Assembly (NCBI GenBank): GCA_903941205.1
Contig: CAJAOB010000396.1
Coordinates: forward strand, 1-47,822
DNA length: 47,822 nucleotides
Reading direction: 5' to 3'
Source: an uncultured Burkholderiales bacterium
GTDB lineage: Bacteria > Pseudomonadota > Gammaproteobacteria > Burkholderiales > Burkholderiaceae_C
Shown: in pieces, positions 16,492-25,825 of the stretch
Numbering within the stretch: position 1 is the stretch's first letter
Layout of the letters: each line of letters starts with the position of its first letter
The notes under the pieces: model-generated
Databases searched by the model: none
Told to the model about the DNA's origin: nothing
The model's input: the letters and a program-made list of their open reading frames with translations, nothing else
Translations under genes and position numbers: made by a program

Positions 16492-17832
16492 ATGCGCTCA
16501 AACCAGACCTCCCTTGCCGGCGGCGCAGCCTCGTTGCTGCCGCCAGATGATCCTCAACGCCAGGCCTTGCACAACGAAGTGCATGCGCGCCCGACGGCCC
16601 GCATCCACCTGCCAGCGCTGGTGGTTTATGTGGCGGTGCTCAACGAGGGCGTCAGCCGCGAGCAGGAGTGCGAGCATCTCCGGCTGCTGCCGGGGCTGAG
16701 CGGCCTGAATCCGGACTTGCTCCATGGAAATTTCTTGCGTCTACGCTTTGACGGCTATACCGTGAAGTGGGAGCGCCACACCGAGTTCACGCGCTACTCC
16801 ATCGTGCAGCCCCTGCCAGACAGCGCGCTGCTGGACGCCAGCGATCCGGAGCTCATGAACTCGCTGGTGGTCGAGCCCCAGTGGCTGTCTGCGATTCCGG
16901 GGCGGACCATTGCCGCCATCAAGCTGGCTCTGGTGCCCGGCGACCTTGACGCGATTCAGGAGACTTTGGTCAAGGCCAGACGCTGGCTGGGCGGTATGCC
17001 GGTGACCGCTTCCTTGCTGGGCCGAAACGCCCATGCGCTGGCGGTGAGCAGCTTTCTGCTGCGCCCTGACGGCTTCGAGCGCATGCTGGTGGTGGCGCCT
17101 GCCGATATCAGTGACAGCCGCGCCGGACGCGTTTCTCAGCGGCTGCTGGAGCTGGAGACCTACCGCCTGATGGCGCTGCGTGGCTTGCCGGTGGCCAAGC
17201 AGCTCAGTCCTCTTTTGAGCCAGTGCGAGACGGCCTTGGCCAACATCATGGCCAGCCTCGAAAACAAGTCCGTAGCCGACCAGGAATTACTGGACACGCT
17301 GGTGTCGCTTGCGGCCACTGTCGAGCGTGCCACTGCCGAGAACGCCTACCGTTTTTCAGCGACGCGCGCTTACGAGGGACTGGTCGCGCAGCGCATCGCG
17401 GAACTCCGCGAAAAAGCAGTTTCGGGCACGCAGACCATGGGCGAGTTCATGCAGCGCCGCCTGTCGCCGGCGATTGCGACAGTGGCTGCCACTGGCCAGC
17501 GACTGACGTCCTTGTCCGAGCGGGTGGCGCGCACCAGCGCGCTGCTGCGCACGCGGGTCGATATTGCGACCGAGGTGCAAAACCAGCAACTGCTGGAAAA
17601 GCTGACGCGCGGCCAGGAGTTGCAGCTGCGGCTTCAGGCCACGGTCGAGGGCCTGTCGATTGCGGCGATCTCGTATTACGTGGTCAGCCTGATACTTTAT
17701 GGTGCCAAGGCCTTGAAGGCTGCTGGCGCGCCGATCAACCCGGAGATTGCCGCTGGCGCGCTGGTGCCTCTGGTGCTGTGGTCTTCATGGATAGCGGTTC
17801 GGCGCATCCACCAAAAACTCAGAACGCTGTAG
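16492..17832 (+). CDS. DUF3422-like membrane-anchored protein
   Basis: LHNEVHARP, KWERHTEF, QRLLELETYRLMAL, LLRTRVDI and LRLQATVEGLSIAAISYY, with two C-terminal TMs. Start at ATG 16492. Confidence 0.8.
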   Translation: MRSNQTSLAGGAASLLPPDDPQRQALHNEVHARPTARIHLPALVVYVAVLNEGVSREQECEHLRLLPGLSGLNPDLLHGNFLRLRFDGYTVKWERHTEFTRYSIVQPLPDSALLDASDPELMNSLVVEPQWLSAIPGRTIAAIKLALVPGDLDAIQETLVKARRWLGGMPVTASLLGRNAHALAVSSFLLRPDGFERMLVVAPADISDSRAGRVSQRLLELETYRLMALRGLPVAKQLSPLLSQCETALANIMASLENKSVADQELLDTLVSLAATVERATAENAYRFSATRAYEGLVAQRIAELREKAVSGTQTMGEFMQRRLSPAIATVAATGQRLTSLSERVARTSALLRTRVDIATEVQNQQLLEKLTRGQELQLRLQATVEGLSIAAISYYVVSLILYGAKALKAAGAPINPEIAAGALVPLVLWSSWIAVRRIHQKLRTL

Positions 17833-17836
17833 CCGC

Positions 17837-18811
17837 TCAGTTCACCATCACCAGCTTGCCCATCACGCTGCGCGAACCCATGTGCGCGTAAGCGGCCTTG
17901 AGTTCGGCCATTGGCATGCAACGGTCAATCACCGGCTTGATCTTGCCCTGGCCGTACCAGGCCGCGAGCTCGCGCATCATGGCCGCATTGGCGGCTGGTT
18001 CGCGTTTGGCGAAGTCGCCCCAGAACACGCCGACGATGGAGGCGCCCTTGAGCAGCGGCAGGTTAAGCGGCAAGGACGGAATCGGGCCCGAGGCGAAGCC
18101 CACCACCAGGTAACGCCCGCGCCAGGCAATCGAGCGAAAGGCCTGCTCGGTGAAGTCGCCGCCAACCGGGTCGTACACCACGTCCGGGCCTTTGGCGTCA
18201 GTCAGCTTTTTAATTTCGTCGCGCAGGCTTTGGCGCGTGTAGTTGATGCTGGCGTCTGCGCCCAGCCGCATGCAAAGCGCGCATTTTTCGTCGGTTGACG
18301 CTGCGGCAATCACCCGCGCGCCAGCAGCCTTGGCGATCTGTATCGCCGCCGTGCCCACGCCGCCGGCGGCGCCCAGCACCAGCACGGTCTCGCCGGGCTT
18401 GAGTTGCGCGCGGTCCATCAGGGCGTGATGCGAAGTGGCGTAAGTCATGATGAATGCTGCGCCGTCCTCATGCGAACAGCCCGCTGGCAGGGGCAGGCAC
18501 AGCGCAGCCGGCGCCAGCGTGTGCGTGCCAAAGCCGCCGGTGCCCGACAAACAGGCCACGCTCTGGCCCGGTTTCAAGTGCGTCACGCCCTCGCCCACCG
18601 CCTCGATCACGCCGGCGTATTCAGAGCCCGGCACAAAGGGTAGGGTGGGCTTCATCTGGTATTTGTTTTGCACGATGAGCAAGTCCGGAAAGTTCAGGCT
18701 TGCCGCCTTGATGTTGATCAGAACCTGACCGGCCTGCGGCACAGGCGTTGGCAGTTCCTTCCAGGTCAGGGCATCGACGCCGATGGGGTTTTCACAGAGC
18801 CAGGCTTGCAT
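17837..18811 (-). CDS. NADPH:quinone oxidoreductase (zeta-crystallin/MDR family)
   Basis: LNFPDLL, PFVPGSE, GAAGGVG nucleotide-binding motif, YDPVGG and GKLV. Confidence 0.9.
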   Translation of the reverse strand: MQAWLCENPIGVDALTWKELPTPVPQAGQVLINIKAASLNFPDLLIVQNKYQMKPTLPFVPGSEYAGVIEAVGEGVTHLKPGQSVACLSGTGGFGTHTLAPAALCLPLPAGCSHEDGAAFIMTYATSHHALMDRAQLKPGETVLVLGAAGGVGTAAIQIAKAAGARVIAAASTDEKCALCMRLGADASINYTRQSLRDEIKKLTDAKGPDVVYDPVGGDFTEQAFRSIAWRGRYLVVGFASGPIPSLPLNLPLLKGASIVGVFWGDFAKREPAANAAMMRELAAWYGQGKIKPVIDRCMPMAELKAAYAHMGSRSVMGKLVMVN

Positions 18812-18903
18812 GGGTTTTCCTTCCGTGTTGGGGCGCTACATTGAGGCCGGCAGTGTCGCACGGGCGAACCGGCGCCCGCGGCGCCGCAAGCCGCCATGGC
18901 GAC

Positions 18904-20079
18904 TCAGAGTGTGAGCAATCCGGTGCGCTCCAGGGTCCAGACCACACCGAGGACGGCGATGACCAGCGAGCCACCTGCGACGATCACCCAGCGGTAAAAC
19001 GCGGTGTGTCTGAGCAGCCAGGCAAGCGGGAAAAACACGGCCACGATCGCCAGTTGCCCCAGTTCCACGCCGACATTGAAGCCGCCCAGCGCGACGGCGA
19101 GTTGCCGTGCGGGCAAGCCAAGGTCGAGCAAGACGTTGGCAAAACCGAAGCCGTGGATCAACCCAAAAACAAAGGCCAGCCGCCAACGCCGAAAGGCTGA
19201 CCAGCCCACCAGGTTGTTGAGCGCCGCCGCCACCACCGACAGGGCAATGGCAGGCTCAATCAGATCGGCCGGCGGCTCCAGCCATTTCAGCACCGACAAG
19301 GCCAGCGTGATTGAGTGCGCCACCGAGAAGGCGGTGACCACCGCCAGAACGTCGTGCAGGGCCGGCTTGGCTTTGTTCACCCCGCGCCATTGCGTGACCC
19401 GGCCTCTGGAGGTGACGAGCGGCGCTAGAACCAGCAGGCTCAGCAAGAACAGGATGTGGTCGATGCCAATCCAGATATGCCAGACGCCCTCCACCACATA
19501 GCGCCCGAAAACCGCCAGCGCGCTGCCGCCCTCGGCCGTCAGTTCCGCCTGCGGCCGGTCAGGGCTCAAGACTGCGCTGCTTTGAAAGCCGGGCAGGTCG
19601 ACCTTGAGCAAGCCCCGGTGAAGGTTGTCCTGCGCAAATATCAGTTCGTAGCGCAGCTTGAATCGTGCCTTTGCAAGATCAGTCAGCCCGGGGCAGACGG
19701 GCTTCCATTGCGCGCTCAGATACAGACCGTCGGCATGCTCGCTGGCTTGCAGATCGACCGGCCCCAGCGCGCAGTCCTTGGCGGATTCACCGAGCGTCAG
19801 GCCTTGCACCATCCAGGCATTGAGCTCGCCGCTGCGGCGCTCTACCTCGCCCCAGGTGACACGGCCGTCGCCGCTGGTATCAAGGTCAAAAAGCAGATCG
19901 AGGTCGCGTAAATTGATGTCGGCCCTGAGCACCAGTTGTTGCTCGCTCTGGCTCAGCGTCAGGTAGCTGCTGCTGCTCGAGTGGGCCAGTGCCGCGCTGC
20001 TTAGCAGCAGGCCCGCGAAGGCCATCACCCCTAGGCGCAGCAGGCGTTCGAGGTCGCGATGAAAAATGGCAAACCTCAT
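18904..20079 (-). CDS. HupE/UreJ-type membrane protein with N-terminal periplasmic domain
   Basis: Signal peptide ending ALA|HSSSSSY; C-terminal multi-TM domain with GVWHIWIGIDHILF, FSVAHSITL, FGLIHGFGFA and FNVGVELGQ. The ATG at 20079 overlaps the upstream stop (ATGA). Confidence 0.85.
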   Translation of the reverse strand: MRFAIFHRDLERLLRLGVMAFAGLLLSSAALAHSSSSSYLTLSQSEQQLVLRADINLRDLDLLFDLDTSGDGRVTWGEVERRSGELNAWMVQGLTLGESAKDCALGPVDLQASEHADGLYLSAQWKPVCPGLTDLAKARFKLRYELIFAQDNLHRGLLKVDLPGFQSSAVLSPDRPQAELTAEGGSALAVFGRYVVEGVWHIWIGIDHILFLLSLLVLAPLVTSRGRVTQWRGVNKAKPALHDVLAVVTAFSVAHSITLALSVLKWLEPPADLIEPAIALSVVAAALNNLVGWSAFRRWRLAFVFGLIHGFGFANVLLDLGLPARQLAVALGGFNVGVELGQLAIVAVFFPLAWLLRHTAFYRWVIVAGGSLVIAVLGVVWTLERTGLLTL

Positions 20080-21326
20080 TGCTTCGCCTTGATCCATGCG
20101 GGGTGGGCCTTGAGCGCCTGCACAAGCGGCTTCAATTGAGGGTCGGTGTAGCCGGTCTTTTCAGACCATAGGACCACGGGCTCGGCGGCTCTTGGCTGGT
20201 TCAGCGCCAGCGCTGCTTCCGCGAACAAGACCGCGTCGGCGGGCTCGTTTTGCAGCTTCCAGTTGTCGATGGACAGTGCCAGACCCGCTGGCAGGTCCCG
20301 GCCGTGACGAATCAGGTAAATCAGCCGCGGCCGCTCGATCAGTGATTCGCGCCGCAGCGCCTGGGCGTTCATGCGGGCTTCAAAGCGCGCCGCAAGCGCC
20401 GAAGTCTGACCGTCCTGCAGCCCCTTGCTGGCCAGCAAGGATTGCATCAGCAGCGCGTCGGTAGGCGCATCAGTGGCTGCGTAGGTTTTGGCTTTTTGCC
20501 ACTGTCCTTGCTGGTTCAGCAGTTCCACCAGCGCCAGTCGCACCAGATGCGACTCCGGCCGGGATTTCAGGTGCTGTTCCCAGGCAGCGATGGCCTGGGC
20601 CGGCTGGCCGGCGGTTCGGTAAGCCTCACCCAGATGAAAGCGCAGCCAGTCCTGCGATGGTCCGTCCTTGAACCGTGCCAGGCGCAGGGTTTTGCCGAGC
20701 AAGTCCAGCGCCTGCTCCGGCTGGCCCGTTCTGTAATAAAGAATGGCGTGGCAGGGGTCAGACTCTTCGGGGCCGAACAAAAGCTCTACCTCCTTGCAGT
20801 CAGCGCGGGCAGCATCCATCTGCGAGAGCAGCAGATTCAGGGCGAAGCGCCAGGACCAGAATTCGGGCCGTGGGCGCTCTCTCAAAATCGCCGCATCGAT
20901 GTCGCTGAGCCCGCCCCGGAAATCATGGAAACCCTGCTTGACCAGGCCGCGCAAAAAATAGCCGTCGGCGGGCAAGTCACTGTCTTCCCACCACGGTTTC
21001 AAGGCCGCCTTGGCCGATCCGAACCAGCGCAGGTCGCCTTCGGTCAGCCCCAGCATGAAAACGGCTCGCGCATACGCGAGCGCGGCCTGCAGGTCTTGCG
21101 GCTGACTGCGCCAGGCGCGCTCGGTGCTGCTGAAGGAGGCAGATTTTGCACTGGCGGCATGTACCGAGGTTTTCAGCAGAACCGCATCCTCTGCGGGCTT
21201 GAATCGCGCTTGCGCCGTGGCCGAAGAATGTATTGCAAAGGCGCAAAGAACACCGGCCCAGTACGCATAACTAGCGAAAACCCTTAGAGAAAATACCCTT
21301 AAAGGCTGGTTTGAATCTGATTTCAT
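20076..21326 (-). CDS. Exported TPR-like all-helical protein
   Basis: Hydrophobic N-terminal segment ending ATAQA; repeated TPR-like helices (YFLRGLVKQGFHDF, LGEAYRTAGQPAQAIAAW); translationally coupled to the HupE/UreJ gene. Start uncertain. Confidence 0.72.
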   Translation of the reverse strand: MKSDSNQPLRVFSLRVFASYAYWAGVLCAFAIHSSATAQARFKPAEDAVLLKTSVHAASAKSASFSSTERAWRSQPQDLQAALAYARAVFMLGLTEGDLRWFGSAKAALKPWWEDSDLPADGYFLRGLVKQGFHDFRGGLSDIDAAILRERPRPEFWSWRFALNLLLSQMDAARADCKEVELLFGPEESDPCHAILYYRTGQPEQALDLLGKTLRLARFKDGPSQDWLRFHLGEAYRTAGQPAQAIAAWEQHLKSRPESHLVRLALVELLNQQGQWQKAKTYAATDAPTDALLMQSLLASKGLQDGQTSALAARFEARMNAQALRRESLIERPRLIYLIRHGRDLPAGLALSIDNWKLQNEPADAVLFAEAALALNQPRAAEPVVLWSEKTGYTDPQLKPLVQALKAHPAWIKAKQ

Positions 21327-21418
21327 ACTATTTTTCGCGTTGGATATCTAGTATCCTCTAATTTGAGCCCAAGCTCTGTCTGGTGTTCAATTTATCAACC
21401 CTGTTCCAAAGGTGTCCC

Positions 21419-21586
21419 ATGAAATTTTTGATTTCCGCAGTTATTTCCGCTTTCGTGATGCTGTCGGCACCGGCCTTTGCCGGCAGCCATGGTGGTGGCA
21501 AGATGGACGACAAGAAAGTCGATTGCGCCAAGAAAGAAAACGCAGCCAAGAAAGAATGCGAAAAGAAGGACGATAAGAAGAAGTGA
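21419..21586 (+). CDS. Small secreted Lys/Asp-rich peptide (55 aa) with two Cys
   Basis: MKFLISAVISAFVMLSAPAFA|GSHGGGKMDDKKVDCAKKENAAKKECEKKDDKKK. AAGG SD-like sequence upstream, a Sec signal with an A-F-A cleavage site, and a strong terminator immediately after. Confidence 0.8.
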   Translation: MKFLISAVISAFVMLSAPAFAGSHGGGKMDDKKVDCAKKENAAKKECEKKDDKKK

Positions 21587-21600
21587 TCTTTTCGCTTCTG

Positions 21601-21637
21601 AAGTAAAAAAGCCCTGCAAAGCAGGGCTTTTTTACTT
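21601..21637. terminator. Intrinsic terminator, bidirectional geometry
   Basis: Perfect 17-bp inverted repeat AAGTAAAAAAGCCCTGC-aaa-GCAGGGCTTTTTTACTT. Confidence 0.88.
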
Positions 21638-22185
21638 ATGTGTTCATCGGCCAGCGGCAGGCTTGCCGAGCACCACCTGGCAATTAGTGGCGTGGTGTGT
21701 CACTCTGGCTGTTCTGGTTCCAGGCCGGCAGTTTCGCGAGGATATTTTTTTGTCGCTTGGGCGTTTTGCTCTGGACCGTTACGGCGTACCGCTGTTGGTG
21801 CGGCGTTTCCATGGGCTTGCGCAGGCCGGCCAGCCTTCGCTCACAGCGCAGAGTTCCAGCCGTCAAGCTATGGCGGTGGTGATGCCCTGCGGCTGGGCCA
21901 TGTAGCTGCTTCGGGCGGGGTCGACCGCAGTGTCACCCCTGCAGCTCGTACGCAGGCGTTTATCGCATCAGAATGTACCGGCTGACGGGCAGGCGAGCGC
22001 TGGCCGCTCGAACGCCTCACGATAGGCGCCGCGCGTTCTTGGGGCTCGCCTGCAGTCGTCGATTTGCACGCTCCGTGCGCCGGCGGCGCAAACAGTTGGG
22101 AGCCTGTAATTCCGCTTCTTTGCCAGCGTGGCACTACCCTTGCGATGACGCGCCTTGCGGTCGGGCTGACCGTAGAATCAGTCGC

Positions 22186-22974
22186 ATGAAAATACTCATC
22201 TGCAACGACGACGGTTACCAGGCCCCGGGCATCGTGGCCCTCTACGAGGCCCTCAGGACGGTTGCAGATGTGGAGGTGGTGGCTCCCGAGCAAAACAACA
22301 GCGCCAAGTCGAACGCGCTGACCTTGCATTCACCGCTTTATGTACACGTGGCCGCCAACGGATTTCGCTATGTCAACGGCACCCCCGCAGACTGCGTGCA
22401 TATTGCGCTGACGGGTTTGCTGGGCTACAGGCCCGATCTCGTGGTCTCCGGCATCAACAACGGCGCCAACATGGGCGACGACACGATTTATTCGGGCACG
22501 GTGGGAGCGGCGATGGAGGGCTATTTGTTTGGCATTCCGGCGATCGCCTTTTCCCAGACTGAAAAGGGCTGGGCGCATCTTGACGTGGCGGCAGGGCGCG
22601 CGCGAGACCTGGTTCAGCAACTCGCGCCGTCGATTGAAATGCTGACGCACAGCCAGGTGCCGGCCGTCGCGCCCTGGTTGCTGAACGTGAACATTCCGAA
22701 TTTGCCCGACGAGCAAATCAAGGGTGTCAAGGTGGCGCGCCTGGGTCGCCGGCATGCGGCCGAGCGCGTCATCACCCAGACCAGTCCGCGCGGCGAAACC
22801 ATGTACTGGATTGGCAGCGCCGGTGCCGCCAAGGACGAAGGCGAGGGCACCGACTTTCATGCCAGCCAGCTCGGTTTTGTGTGCGTCACGCCGCTACAGG
22901 TTGATCTGACCGACCACGAGCGCTTGCCCTATTGGGCACAAACTGCCGCGCGTCTTTCGCAAGGCCAGTCATGA
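22186..22974 (+). CDS. surE: 5'/3'-nucleotidase SurE
   Basis: [17 protein letters not shown] and [19 protein letters not shown]. Confidence 0.95.
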   Translation: MKILICNDDGYQAPGIVALYEALRTVADVEVVAPEQNNSAKSNALTLHSPLYVHVAANGFRYVNGTPADCVHIALTGLLGYRPDLVVSGINNGANMGDDTIYSGTVGAAMEGYLFGIPAIAFSQTEKGWAHLDVAAGRARDLVQQLAPSIEMLTHSQVPAVAPWLLNVNIPNLPDEQIKGVKVARLGRRHAAERVITQTSPRGETMYWIGSAGAAKDEGEGTDFHASQLGFVCVTPLQVDLTDHERLPYWAQTAARLSQGQS

Positions 22975-23834
22975 GGCTGAAGCCGGGCTGCGAAACGCCG
23001 GGCGTCGATCAACGGCCGCAGGCCGCCGCCGGGGTCAAACGGCCTGGGTTTCCAGTGCGTTTGTCGCCAGACGCCGGCCTGCCTTCAGCGACCCGGCGAG
23101 CCCTCGGCACCAGGGCGACAGACGATCTTAAGCCCCCGCAGTCAAAAGCGGCCCTGGCGGGTCTGCAACAGCCCATGCCCGCTGGTGTCGGCCTTGACTC
23201 TCAAACCGTTCGCAGCCGTATGGTCGAAAAACTGGCGCGCCAAGGCGTCCGGGATGCGCTCGTGCTGGCTGCCATGGGCCGGGTCGAGCGGCATCGGTTT
23301 GTGGACACCGCCCTGGCCAATCAGGCCTATGAAGACACCAGTCTGCCCATCGGGCTGGGCCAGACCATCTCCAAGCCCAATGTGGTGGCGCGCATGCTGG
23401 AACTGCTGCGCCAAGGCAATGAAGATCGACTCGGGCGGGTGCTTGAAATTGGCACCGGCTGTGGCTACCAGGCGGCGGTGCTGAGCCACCTCGCCAGCGA
23501 GGTCTACAGCATCGAGCGGCTGCGCGGCCTGCATGACAGGGCCCGCGAGAACCTGCGCCAGTTTCGTCTGGCGAACGTGCATTTGCTCTTTGGCGACGGC
23601 ATGCAAGGCTTTGCCAAAGGTGCGCCTTACGCTGCGATCATCGCTGCAGCGGGCGGCGAGGCGATTCCGCCGGCCTGGATAGAACAGCTCGCTTTGGGCG
23701 GACGGTTGGTGGCTCCCATGCAGACCGCCGGCGGCCAGCAAGCCCTGGTGGTGATTGACAAGACCGCGCAGGGAATTCGGCAGGCTGTGCTCGAAGCCGT
23801 GCACTTCGTGCCCCTAAAATCTGGCACTGTCTGA
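22971..23834 (+). CDS. pcm: Protein-L-isoaspartate O-methyltransferase
   Basis: [29 protein letters not shown] and FVPL; conserved surE-pcm-nlpD order. Confidence 0.93.
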   Translation: MRLKPGCETPGVDQRPQAAAGVKRPGFPVRLSPDAGLPSATRRALGTRATDDLKPPQSKAALAGLQQPMPAGVGLDSQTVRSRMVEKLARQGVRDALVLAAMGRVERHRFVDTALANQAYEDTSLPIGLGQTISKPNVVARMLELLRQGNEDRLGRVLEIGTGCGYQAAVLSHLASEVYSIERLRGLHDRARENLRQFRLANVHLLFGDGMQGFAKGAPYAAIIAAAGGEAIPPAWIEQLALGGRLVAPMQTAGGQQALVVIDKTAQGIRQAVLEAVHFVPLKSGTV

Positions 23835-23935
23835 GCTGGCTCTGGTTCGGCAATGTGGGGAGGGTCTCGCCGGTGGCTGGTTCTCTGTGCAGCCTTCGGC
23901 AGGCCTGGATCATTCATACTTGAGGACGCGACCCG

Positions 23936-24934
23936 ATGAACCCTTTTGGATCCTTTTGCAGCCAGCCAGCCGCGCCCTCCGCGCTGGCGTACGGCGCGTC
24001 TGCAGGTCCTGGCCCGGCGGACGAGGCTGCCGGTCTTCGCTGGTACCTGGCGAGGGGTTCCCTGCTGGGCCCGCTGGCTCTGGCGGCGCTGATGAGCGTG
24101 CTTGCCGGCTGCTCGTCGCGCTCGCTGACCACGGCGCCGGTGGAAGACCGTGGCACCGCCGCCCGCACAGTGCCAGCACCTGCGCCAGCGGCGCCGGTTT
24201 CAGCCGCAAGCCGCCCGACCGCGCCAGTGGCAGGCTCCGAGAACGCCGGAAAACCAGGTTTCTACACTGTCAAGCCCGGCGACACGCTGATCCGGATTGG
24301 CCTTGATTCCGGTCAAAACTGGCGCGACATCAGCCGCTGGAATGCCATCGAAAATCCCAATCAGATCGAGGTCGGCCAGGTGCTCAGGGTGACGCCGCCC
24401 AGCGATGCGGTGGTGACCCGACCCGTGACTTCCAGCGCGGCCCCGGTGTCCGTGCCGCTGCCCCCGCAGGGCGCTGCACCCGCGAAGGCCGCCAGTCCCC
24501 AGGCCAGCGCCTCGCTGCCGCAGCCGCCAGTTTTGGCTCAGGCCCAGCCCTCTGCGAATGCTGAAGACGAGATTGCCTGGCTCTGGCCCGCCCAGGGTGC
24601 AGCGATCGCGGGTTTTGACGAAGTCAAAAACAAAGGCCTTGACATCGGCGGGCGCGCCGGTGACCCGGTGCTCGCGGCAGCCGATGGGCGAGTGGTGTAC
24701 TCGGGGGCCGGCTTGCGCGGCTACGGCAACCTGATCATCCTCAAGCACAACAACACCTACCTGACTGCCTACGCCCACAACCAGACGCTGCTGGTCAAGG
24801 AAGACCAGTCGGTGCGCAAGGGCCAGAAAATCGCCGAGATGGGCAGCAGCGACGCAGACCGCGTCAAGCTGCATTTCGAGATCCGGCGCCAGGGCAAGCC
24901 GGTTGATCCGGCCAAGTACCTGCCCGCTCGCTGA
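23936..24934 (+). CDS. nlpD: LysM/M23 lipoprotein NlpD
   Basis: Lipobox LAGC, LysM domain YTVKPGDTL, degenerate M23 domain NKGLDI...YAHN...LHFEIR. Start uncertain. Confidence 0.88.
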   Translation: MNPFGSFCSQPAAPSALAYGASAGPGPADEAAGLRWYLARGSLLGPLALAALMSVLAGCSSRSLTTAPVEDRGTAARTVPAPAPAAPVSAASRPTAPVAGSENAGKPGFYTVKPGDTLIRIGLDSGQNWRDISRWNAIENPNQIEVGQVLRVTPPSDAVVTRPVTSSAAPVSVPLPPQGAAPAKAASPQASASLPQPPVLAQAQPSANAEDEIAWLWPAQGAAIAGFDEVKNKGLDIGGRAGDPVLAAADGRVVYSGAGLRGYGNLIILKHNNTYLTAYAHNQTLLVKEDQSVRKGQKIAEMGSSDADRVKLHFEIRRQGKPVDPAKYLPAR

Positions 24935-24968
24935 TCTACCAAGCCAACCGCGAAAGACCACTCGAGCG

Positions 24969-25775
24969 ATGAGCTGGCCTGTCCTGGTCTTTGACATCGA
25001 ATCCATCCCCGACGTGGCAGGCCTGCGCTCGTTGCGTGCTGGCGCGGCGGACCAGACCGACGCCCAGGTTCACGCGGCCTATGTGGCCGAACGCAAGGAA
25101 CGCGGCCAGAGCGACTTCATGCCGCTGCACTTGCAGCGTGTGCTGGTGATCAGCTGCGTTTTTCGCAATGCCGAGGGCTTGCGCGTGCATTCCTTTGTGG
25201 ACCGCGAGCCCGACGGCGTGAGCCAGGAAGGCAAGATCATCCAGACTTTTTTCAATACCGTTGAAAAGCATGTGCCGCAGCTGGTCAGCTGGAACGGCGG
25301 CGGTTTTGATTTGCCGGTGCTGCATTACCGCGGCCTGCGCCACGGCGTGGTGGCCAGCAAGTACTGGGACATGGGCGAGGGTGGCGACCATGACAGCCGC
25401 GAGTTCAAATGGAACAACTTCATCAGCCGTTACCACACGCGCCACCTGGACTTGATGGACCTGCTGGCGATGTACCAGCCCAAGAACAACGCGCCGCTGG
25501 ACGCCATGGCCAAGCTCTGCGGCTTTCCGGGCAAGCTCGGCATGGACGGCTCGGCGGTTTATCCGGCCTACCTGAACGGTCAGCTCGAGGAGATTCGCCG
25601 CTACTGCGAAACCGACGTGATGAACACCTACCTGATGTATTGCCGCTTTCAGAAAATGCGCGGCGGTCTGCTCGAAGCCGAGTACGAGCAGGAGATCGCT
25701 TTCGTCAAGGAAAGCTTGGGCCAGCTCGCGCCGCATGAGGCGCATTGGCAGGAGTATCTCGCTGCCTGGGCCTGA
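24969..25775 (+). CDS. PolB-like 3'-5' exonuclease (DEDDy family)
   Basis: Exonuclease motifs VFDIE, SWNGGGFDLP and YCETDV. Confidence 0.87.
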   Translation: MSWPVLVFDIESIPDVAGLRSLRAGAADQTDAQVHAAYVAERKERGQSDFMPLHLQRVLVISCVFRNAEGLRVHSFVDREPDGVSQEGKIIQTFFNTVEKHVPQLVSWNGGGFDLPVLHYRGLRHGVVASKYWDMGEGGDHDSREFKWNNFISRYHTRHLDLMDLLAMYQPKNNAPLDAMAKLCGFPGKLGMDGSAVYPAYLNGQLEEIRRYCETDVMNTYLMYCRFQKMRGGLLEAEYEQEIAFVKESLGQLAPHEAHWQEYLAAWA

Positions 25776-25825
25776 GGCCGCCTTGCCGAACCAGCTGACG
25801 CGCCATGACCTGAGACAATTCAGGC

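Noticed and set aside
21419-21586. Peptide as a RiPP precursor (bufferin/oxazolin-like)
   Set aside because: No DUF692/MNIO, radical SAM or other modifying enzyme is adjacent, and the repeated Cys motifs of those precursors are absent.
21954-22017. Hammerhead-ribozyme-like three-way junction (CTGACGG...GAAC)
   Set aside because: The core deviates from CUGANGA and GAAA, and stem I does not pair properly. Kept only as generic structure.
18812-22185. Accessory block as a mobile element
   Set aside because: No integrase, transposase, tRNA target or flanking direct repeats are visible.
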